A stretch of 52,396 bases of DNA, taken from positions 1-52,396 of the forward strand of contig JACPNY010000025.1 of the NCBI GenBank assembly GCA_016185255.1, written 5' to 3'. A program made the position numbers and the translations under genes. The DNA comes from Pseudomonadota bacterium (lineage in GTDB: Bacteria > Pseudomonadota > Alphaproteobacteria > UBA9655). The notes under the pieces are model-generated. The model ran no database searches and was not told the origin of the DNA. It saw only the letters and a list, made by a program, of their open reading frames with translations. Shown piece by piece: positions 45,585 to 52,396 of the stretch (the stretch's first letter is position 1; each line of letters begins with the position of its first letter).

Positions 45585-46390
45585 CTAATGAAAGAAAAAT
45601 ATGGGGATATCTGTAGATGCTAAAAGATCCTCAACGCAAGACCCCCGAAAAAAGTGACTTAAACCCCCATGACCATAGGCTCCCATGATAAGGAGGGAAG
45701 GATTAATCCCTTCTATTAAATTAAGAAGTGGAGATGCGTATTGACCCCATGGTTATGACAAAGCTTGGCGGCGATGTTCACATAATCTCGTGCTTCTTCC
45801 TCATCATTGCTCACGCTTGCAATATGCACAGTTTTTCCGTGGAAAATACCAATTAAAATGGCTATATGGAGGGCTTTGGAGGCGGCAAAAGTTCCATCAA
45901 AAGCGACCAGGATATCAGGACTGTCCTGATGGGGAAGCTGCGCGCTTGTTACGATCACAGGACGAGGGTTATCTTTAAGCAATTGCCTTACGGAGGTAGT
46001 TGTCTCTGGGGTAGAGGAAAAATGAAAGTTCGCATCCTTTCCTATAATAAGAACATCATGTTCAATAAGAAAATGTTCAATTTCATAAGAAGGGACACCT
46101 GTAGCATCAATAATAGAACAAGAAATACCTTGGTTTTTGCAAGAGTCAATAAAAGCTTTTTCAAGTTTAGTTATGTGGAGCCTCGCATCAGCCAAAAGCT
46201 GTTTGTCAAGTTCTACCTTAAAGGCAGCACCTCCCAAGGGAATGGCTTCTGGGGCGGCAATCCACGGCTCGTCTAAAATTCCAATCCCTGACAGAGAGGC
46301 TTTGTAAGACTTAGCCAGGCGAACGCCCAGCGTTTTTGCAGAGTCACTTGAGGGAGACTCGTCCAAAGCGACAAGAATACTCTTAATCAT
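45585..46390 (-). pseudogene. Tandem-domain universal stress protein with a frameshift near 45716-45725
   Basis: ORF 45716-46390 (ILVALDESPSS...) stops prematurely. The conserved Usp C-terminus LLIMGAYGHGGLSHFFRGSCVEDLLASTDIPIFFF continues in the -1 frame to the TAG at 45585. Confidence 0.68.
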
Positions 46391-46449
46391 GGGAAGTTCC
46401 TTATTTTTATTTATTTATCTCCCTATGATTTCTTATTTATAGATCAGAG

Positions 46450-48186
46450 TCAAGAAGAAGAGGGGAAAGAAGAATCGATCTTTTTAAGCCACGTCTTCGT
46501 TTCCTCATCCAAATAAGGAGAAAGGGTCGTGAAAATTCGGGTATGGTAAGCCTTGATCCAGCTTGTTTCTGCTTTCGTAAGCAAAGAAAAATCCATGAGC
46601 TTTAGATCAAAGGGAGCCAGCGTAAGTGTTTCAAAGCCATAAAAGTCCGTACATTTTGGCTTTTCAATGACTGTGATAAGGCTTTCAAGGCGGATTCCGT
46701 AAGCATTTTCCTTATAATACCCTGGTTCATTTGAGAGAATCATTCCAGGGCGTAAAGGTTCATTGGCGGCCCATGTGGACAGCCGTTGAGGGCCTTCATG
46801 AACGCCGAGGTAACTTCCCACCCCATGACCGGTGCCGTGGGTATAATCACAGCCTATTTGCCATAAAAATTGACGGGCAAATCCATCCAGTTGAATTCCA
46901 GCTGTTCCTTTTGGAAAAACAGCCTGGGCAATAGCGATATGACCCTTTAGAACACGGGTGTACCGATCTTTTTGTTCAGGTGTTGGGTCTCCCAAAGCAA
47001 GGGTACGGGTGACATCTGTTGTTCCTGTTAAATACTGGCCTCCTGAATCTACGAGATAAAGGCCGTCCCGTTTTAAAGGAATATCGGAGTCAGGCGTTAC
47101 CCGGTAATGAACGATGGCGCCATGGGATCCAAAACCTGAAATTGTTTCAAAGCTAAGGTCTTTGAAGTGGTCCCCTTTTTTGCGGAATTCGGCGAGTTTG
47201 TGAGCAGCACTCAGTTCGCTTGTTTCCCCTTGTAGGGGTTGAGCGTCAAGCCACGCAAAAAAACGACAAAGAGCCAAGCCATCTTGAATGTGCGTTTGGA
47301 AAGCTCCTTGGATTTCCACGGCATTTTTAAGAGCTTTGGGGAGGATGCATGGGTCTGTGTCTCGATGAATGGGTATGCCCGCTTCTTCCAAAGTTTGACT
47401 AAAGATGACAGGCGTTGTGTGAGGATCTACTTGGCACTTTCCTTTAAGCGCTTTGAGATGCGTAAGGAGTTGCCGTATATCAATGGCTCGTCCCCCTCCT
47501 TCGCGAAAGTAATTAAAAACTTTTCCATTGATTTTATCCAAGTCCACAAAAAGATCGTAAGTCCCATCTCGATGAAGTACGCATACACTATGCACAAGGG
47601 GCGTATGGGGCACATCATTCCCCCGGATATTCAAAAGCCATGCAATGGAATCACAGGCCGTAATTAGTACATGATCCGCCTTAAGTGCCGCTCCTATGCG
47701 TTTGCGCTTGCTTTCATTACTTTCTCCCGCATAGGAGAGAGGGTGAATTTGAATGAAATCTTGAGGAGGAGCAGGACGGTCCGTCCATAGAGCATCAATA
47801 GGATTGGGATCTAAAGGGATAAGAGGCTGTTTATAATGTTGGATTTGGGCTTCCGTAAAAAGCCATGGGTCATAGCCGATCTTTTCATCGAGGGAGAGAT
47901 TTTCTGCCACCCAGTGGGAGGGTGTTTTGTGAGAAAAATCATACTGCTCATAATAAACAGGGACTTCTTCTTGAGCTTGTAGGGTATAGCGTCCATCTGT
48001 AAAAAAAGCAGCTTTATCTTGGGTAATCACCGCAAATCCTGCAGATCCAGTGAATCCCGTCATCCATTTCAACCTTTCGGCATATGGAGAAATATACTCA
48101 CCCTGAAATTCATCGGTGCGGGGAATGAGGAGGGCTGCAAGTTCTTCTGCTTTCATAAAGTCTCGGAGGGCTTTTAGTTTGTCCAT
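46450..48186 (-). CDS. pepP: Xaa-Pro aminopeptidase (M24B, aminopeptidase P)
   Basis: YTHGTGHGVGSYLGVHE and NEPGYY metal-ligand motifs. Confidence 0.9.
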   Translation of the reverse strand: MDKLKALRDFMKAEELAALLIPRTDEFQGEYISPYAERLKWMTGFTGSAGFAVITQDKAAFFTDGRYTLQAQEEVPVYYEQYDFSHKTPSHWVAENLSLDEKIGYDPWLFTEAQIQHYKQPLIPLDPNPIDALWTDRPAPPQDFIQIHPLSYAGESNESKRKRIGAALKADHVLITACDSIAWLLNIRGNDVPHTPLVHSVCVLHRDGTYDLFVDLDKINGKVFNYFREGGGRAIDIRQLLTHLKALKGKCQVDPHTTPVIFSQTLEEAGIPIHRDTDPCILPKALKNAVEIQGAFQTHIQDGLALCRFFAWLDAQPLQGETSELSAAHKLAEFRKKGDHFKDLSFETISGFGSHGAIVHYRVTPDSDIPLKRDGLYLVDSGGQYLTGTTDVTRTLALGDPTPEQKDRYTRVLKGHIAIAQAVFPKGTAGIQLDGFARQFLWQIGCDYTHGTGHGVGSYLGVHEGPQRLSTWAANEPLRPGMILSNEPGYYKENAYGIRLESLITVIEKPKCTDFYGFETLTLAPFDLKLMDFSLLTKAETSWIKAYHTRIFTTLSPYLDEETKTWLKKIDSSFPSSS

Positions 48187-48190
48187 AATT

Positions 48191-49042
48191 TTATTTCCGC
48201 ATAATCAAAGTTGACCAATCGCCTATAAAAAGTTGATCCACGAGCTTTATGCCTGCGCTTCGATAGGCATCAATTACGTCTTCTGCTTGACGGTTGAGAA
48301 GGCCCGCTAGCACAATATATCCTCCTGGTTTTAAGGCCTTTGAAGCTTCCCCCGCCATGTGGCACAGGGGGCCTGCCAGGATGTTAGCCGTTATTATATC
48401 AAAAGTTTTACCTTTAAGGGAGGTAAATCCTTCACTCAGTTGAGCTGTAAGAAAATCTTCAAGGTGATTAAGACGCGCGTTCTCAAGAGTAACACGGACA
48501 CACTCTGGGTCATTATCACAGGCAAGAACAGGAGTTTTCCATAAATGTGCCATAGCAAGCGCCAGGATTCCTGAACCACATCCCATGTCTAAGGGGTGGT
48601 GAAAGGACTGGTGTTCCGTAAGCAAGGTAAGGGCTCTCAGGCACCCTTCCGTTGATTCATGCTGACCCGATCCAAAGGCTGTGGCCGCATCAACGCGGAG
48701 AGGAATAAGGCCTGTGGGAGGATCATTTTGGATATGGGATCCATAGATATAAAATCGCCCAATAGTGAGGGGAGGAGAGTCTCGGTAAACGGCTGCGACC
48801 CAATCTTCCTGGGGAACAGGGCGTGATGTTATGCTTGGGAGGGGAAGGTCTTTTTCTTTAAAAAAGCGAAGCATTTGCTTTTTAAGTGTTTCTTCGGAGG
48901 AGGGCTGATACACAGCCTGAAACACCCATTGTTCTGGTTTTTTTTCATACCACGTAAGGCTAAGGGCCTCTTCTTCTAGGAAAGAGGAGAGCTCTTCGGC
49001 TATGGCTTCATCAACAGAGCATTCAAGTTGGGTCAGAGGCAT
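48191..49042 (-). CDS. prmA: Ribosomal protein L11 methyltransferase
   Basis: FGSGQHESTEGCL and the DMGCGSGILA SAM motif. Confidence 0.9.
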   Translation of the reverse strand: MPLTQLECSVDEAIAEELSSFLEEEALSLTWYEKKPEQWVFQAVYQPSSEETLKKQMLRFFKEKDLPLPSITSRPVPQEDWVAAVYRDSPPLTIGRFYIYGSHIQNDPPTGLIPLRVDAATAFGSGQHESTEGCLRALTLLTEHQSFHHPLDMGCGSGILALAMAHLWKTPVLACDNDPECVRVTLENARLNHLEDFLTAQLSEGFTSLKGKTFDIITANILAGPLCHMAGEASKALKPGGYIVLAGLLNRQAEDVIDAYRSAGIKLVDQLFIGDWSTLIMRK

Positions 49043-49065
49043 GATCTGGTTATCCTAAGACTGGG

Positions 49066-49131
49066 TTGCTTCGCTTCGCTCGCAATGACAAAAAAAGAAC
49101 GTCATTGCGAGGAGCGAAAGCTCCGAAGCAA
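49066..49131. repeat. Imperfect palindromic (Y-shaped) intergenic element
   Basis: TTGCTTCG pairs with CGAAGCAA and CTCGCAATGAC pairs with GTCATTGCGAG. An inner hairpin GAGC-GAAA-GCTC is also present. Confidence 0.85.
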
Positions 49132-49150
49132 ACTAGAGATAAGTTAGAAA

Positions 49151-51340
49151 TCATTCCGCACTCTCCACAAAGCTTTTCATGACCATTTTGCGGCCTGTGT
49201 GATCGAAATTAATCTCGAGCTTATCGCCTTCAATCCCGACTATGCATCCATAGCCGAACTTAAGATGGAAGACCCGTTGTTTCACGTGAAACTTTTTCTC
49301 TCCAGAAGGGCGCGAGGGAGGGGTAGGGAGTTTAGGGGTTGGGGCTCGGAGAAAAGATTGGGTTCTTCCCCCGATGGTGAAGTGGTTTGTATGATCAAGA
49401 GGAAGCTCTTCAATGAAACGGGACGGGACACTGGATTGCCATTGGTTGTGAATGCGCCTGTTGGCTGCAAATGTAATAATGGCTCGCTCCCGCGCACGAG
49501 TAAGGCCTACATACGCCAATCGTCGTTCTTCCTCAAGGCCGGCCTCTCCTGTCTCACCCAAGGCGCGTTGATGGGGAAAAAGACCTTCCTCCCATCCTGT
49601 TAAGAAAACCGTATTAAACTCAAGACCTTTGGCGCTGTGGAGTGTCATGATGCTCACCATCTCAGCGCTTGTGTTGGTGATGTTTTCCATGACAAGACTC
49701 ACATGGTCTAAAAAGGCGGGAAGGCTTTCGAACTCCTCAAGCGCATTCACAAATTCCTTAAGGTTTTCAAGACGTCCTGGGGCTTCAGGAGATCTGTCCG
49801 CTTGCCACATGCCTGTATATCCTGATTCATCCAAGATAATGCGAGCCAAGTCTCCGGGGGGAAGTACGGTCATTTGTTGACGCCACCTTCCAATATCATA
49901 GAAAAGCCCCTGAAGCGCTGTCTTGGCTTTGCCGCGCAGCTCGTCCGTTTCCATAAGACGCAACGTGGCTTCAGGAAGGGAGACTTCTTCATATCTGGCA
50001 TATTGATGGAGTGTTTGAAGGGTGCTTGTGCCAATGCCGCGCTTGGGTGTGTTCATAATTCGTTCAAAAGCGAGGCTGTCGTTGGGCTGAACTACAATGC
50101 GCATGTAAGCTAAGGCATCGCGAATTTCAAGGCGTTCATAAAATCGCAAGCCTCCAATAACGCGATAGGGAATTCCAAGGGTGAGAAACCGTTCTTCAAA
50201 TTCACGGGTTTGAAAGCCCGCGCGCACAAGAATAGCCATCTGGTTGAGGGATTGACCTTTTCGTTGCAGGTCTTCCACCTTGTCCCCAATGAGGCGTGCT
50301 TCTTCTTCTCCATCCCATACCCCTTGAACATGAACCTTTTCGCCTCCGTCGGCGTCGGTCCATAATGTTTTTCCAAATCGCCCAGCATTTTGAGCAATAA
50401 GGGAGGACGCTGCTCCCAAGATATGGGCATTAGAGCGGTAATTTTGTTCAAGGCGAATAATGGTAGCTCCCGGGAAATCCTTTTCAAAGCGTAAGATATT
50501 CCCGACTTCAGCCCCTCGCCATCCATAGATGGATTGGTCATCATCGCCGACACAGCAAATATTTCCCGTGCCTTGTGCTAAAAGACGAAGCCAAAGATAT
50601 TGAGCTACGTTCGTGTCTTGATATTCATCCACTAAAATATACTGGAATTGCGTTGTATACTGAGCAAGCACATCGGAATGATCCGTAAAAAGCTTTAAAC
50701 ACAGAAGGATAAGGTCTCCAAAATCAACGGCATTTAATACCTTCAGGCGATCTTGGTAAAATCTATAGACGTGGAGTGCTATTTTCTCCAAGTCAGACGC
50801 AGGGGTCGTGACTTTTGCAGGGGGAAGGGCGCGATCTTTCCAGCGACTAATGCAGGACGCGAGGACCCGCGGGGCAAATTTTTTCTCGTCGATCTCTTCG
50901 GCTTTGATAATTTGTTTGATAAGGCGTAGCTGATCATCTGTATCCAAAATCGTAAACGAACTTTGGAGGCCTAAAAGCTCGGCATGGCGTCTTAAAATAC
51001 GCACACAAATGGAGTGAAACGTTCCAAGCCATAATCCTTCCGCAGGGCCACCAATGAGGTGAGCCACTCGCTCCCGCATTTCGTGTGCAGCCTTGTTTGT
51101 AAAGGTTACCGCTAAGACCTGAGATGGCCAAGCTTTGCGGCTTAAGAGAATGGCGGCAAGACGGGTTGTCAAAACCCGTGTTTTTCCTGTGCCCGCTCCG
51201 GCTAAAACCAAAAGAGGACCTTCTGTTGTCTCCACAGCTTGGCGCTGAGCGGGATTTAAGGAGCGGGTTTGCTCCACATACACAGGATCTGTAATTTCGT
51301 GGTCCTCTGTGGACATATTTTTCTGCACTTGAGACGTCAT
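49151..51340 (-). CDS. uvrD: ATP-dependent DNA helicase UvrD/Rep family
   Basis: Helicase motif I (AGAGTGKT), DEYQDT, and the remaining SF1 motifs. 729 aa. Confidence 0.92.
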   Translation of the reverse strand: MTSQVQKNMSTEDHEITDPVYVEQTRSLNPAQRQAVETTEGPLLVLAGAGTGKTRVLTTRLAAILLSRKAWPSQVLAVTFTNKAAHEMRERVAHLIGGPAEGLWLGTFHSICVRILRRHAELLGLQSSFTILDTDDQLRLIKQIIKAEEIDEKKFAPRVLASCISRWKDRALPPAKVTTPASDLEKIALHVYRFYQDRLKVLNAVDFGDLILLCLKLFTDHSDVLAQYTTQFQYILVDEYQDTNVAQYLWLRLLAQGTGNICCVGDDDQSIYGWRGAEVGNILRFEKDFPGATIIRLEQNYRSNAHILGAASSLIAQNAGRFGKTLWTDADGGEKVHVQGVWDGEEEARLIGDKVEDLQRKGQSLNQMAILVRAGFQTREFEERFLTLGIPYRVIGGLRFYERLEIRDALAYMRIVVQPNDSLAFERIMNTPKRGIGTSTLQTLHQYARYEEVSLPEATLRLMETDELRGKAKTALQGLFYDIGRWRQQMTVLPPGDLARIILDESGYTGMWQADRSPEAPGRLENLKEFVNALEEFESLPAFLDHVSLVMENITNTSAEMVSIMTLHSAKGLEFNTVFLTGWEEGLFPHQRALGETGEAGLEEERRLAYVGLTRARERAIITFAANRRIHNQWQSSVPSRFIEELPLDHTNHFTIGGRTQSFLRAPTPKLPTPPSRPSGEKKFHVKQRVFHLKFGYGCIVGIEGDKLEINFDHTGRKMVMKSFVESAE

Positions 51341-51448
51341 TCTATGGCTTATAGCACGGGCGCTTCAGAGGGGGAAGAGATTCCCAAAGGGGAGAGGTAA
51401 AACCTTAGATATTTAGGTCCATTATTAAAGTGTGTTTGCTATATTTCT

Positions 51449-51844
51449 TTAAAATGGATTTAAAGAGAACCCAGTAAAAATAAGGTATACCCCCACGAAA
51501 AGATCGATGATCATGGTGGTATAATAAAGCATATCATTTTGTAACCATTTTTTGCTTATATCAACGGTGACTTGTGGGAACATAATCAAAACAAAGCCTT
51601 TTGTAAGAGCAAGTCACCCAATGATGGTGATGAGGACTCTCCAGTCTGATGCCCACATATTATGGGAAATAACGATAAGAAGCCCTACAATAAGAGCTAT
51701 TACACCTGAGACTAATAAAAGGGGAGGGGAGTCCATGGAATCCATGAGGATAGATTTCATCTTTTTCGCGTGTATAAGCAGGCCTATGCTAAGGACTGTC
51801 ATATAAAGACCGAGGACTTTTGCGAGAAAGAGTGAAAGTTTCAT
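51449..51844 (-). pseudogene. Small 4-TM membrane protein interrupted by in-frame TGA at 51614-51616
   Basis: ...WRVLITIIG*LALTKGFVLIMFPQ... The hydrophobic frame continues uninterrupted for 54 more codons to the TAA at 51449. Confidence 0.55.
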
Positions 51845-52002
51845 TGGTTTTCTCCCTGTTTTTACTGGCATGATACCAAAGTGAGGGGGCGTTGAAAACT
51901 TTTTTCATCGTTTGAATTTTGTAGTTTTCAACTTATGCTATTGACAATCTTTTATAGACTTCTTACGTTTTAGTTAATGATATTAATTTGTGAGTACAAA
52001 GA

Positions 52003-52396
52003 TGTTTAAATACTTCCTTCTTGTTTCAGTTTCTTTCCTTTCCTTAGGGGTCACGGATGTTTATAGCAAAGGAACACGTGCTTCCTTAGAAACGACTGAG
52101 CAGTGGCAGGCCTACTGCACCCGAAAGATTCAACAGCATCGCGGACAAACAAAGCAGAACTTTTACGCCGCTCTTCTCAGTGCTTTTAAAAATGATGGCG
52201 AATTTTTACCGCCCATTTCTGCTCGTGATAAAAAAAGTGAAGCAAGAAAATCCATACGTGAAAAATATGACCAACAAACAGTTGCTCACATTCTTTCCGA
52301 AACTCAAACGACAAATTCGCCCTCTGTTATCACCGATGTTTACGAGCTTGCAACAGCTTACAGACACAGGGATCAGGGGAGAATAAAGGGGCTGAC
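52003..52396 (+). CDS. Hypothetical secreted protein (partial, runs off window end; not in the ORF track)
   Basis: ATG at 52003 with signal peptide MFKYFLLVSVSFLSLGVTDVYS. The frame stays open to the end of the window. Confidence 0.55.

Noticed and set aside
199-51616. Genome-wide TGA=Trp recoding (genetic code 4) as the explanation for the two in-frame TGAs (199-201, 51614-51616)
   Set aside because: TGA terminates many well-defined genes at their expected ends. Examples are plsX (6134), yidC (38935), yidD (40626), rnpA (40856), uvrD (49151), pepP (46450), DUF4280 (23518) and the DAACS transporter (42695), several in classic ATGA start/stop overlaps. I also saw no SECIS-like hairpin after either TGA, so selenocysteine is unlikely.

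Overview
This 52.4-kb chromosomal window is about 40-45% GC by eye and looks alphaproteobacterial and host-associated. The taxonomic markers are a circularly permuted two-piece tmRNA followed by an alpha-type sspB, MucR/Ros, an Irr-like Fur regulator and olsB-olsA. Conserved housekeeping blocks are rpmF-plsX-fabH-asd, rpmH-rnpA-yidD-yidC-engB, tkt and gap, and uvrD-prmA-pepP. These blocks are interleaved with decayed accessory DNA. That DNA includes remnants of IS110-, IS256-, IS481- and IS200/IS605-family transposases and at least three families of small palindromic or MITE-like repeats. Several genes are broken by a single frameshift or in-frame TGA: a Fic protein, an ABC substrate-binding protein, a Usp, a GAF sensor and a small membrane protein. 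Three accessory regions stand out. (i) A translationally coupled vgrG - MORN/YwqK-repeat - DUF4280 (PAAR-like) module has no recognisable toxin, sits in a window with no T6SS core genes, and lies next to a signal-peptide Fic pseudogene. (ii) A Sec-signal protein carries two ~95% identical 117-aa tandem modules fused to a protein-kinase-like domain. (iii) A 2.5-kb mosaic insertion splits tkt from gap, is bracketed by MITE-type termini and carries a GC-rich, foreign-looking secreted ORF. About ten orphan signal-peptide ORFs occur in the window. No rRNA, CRISPR array or intact transposase was seen. All calls come from reading the sequence and ORF translations by eye; no database search was run.
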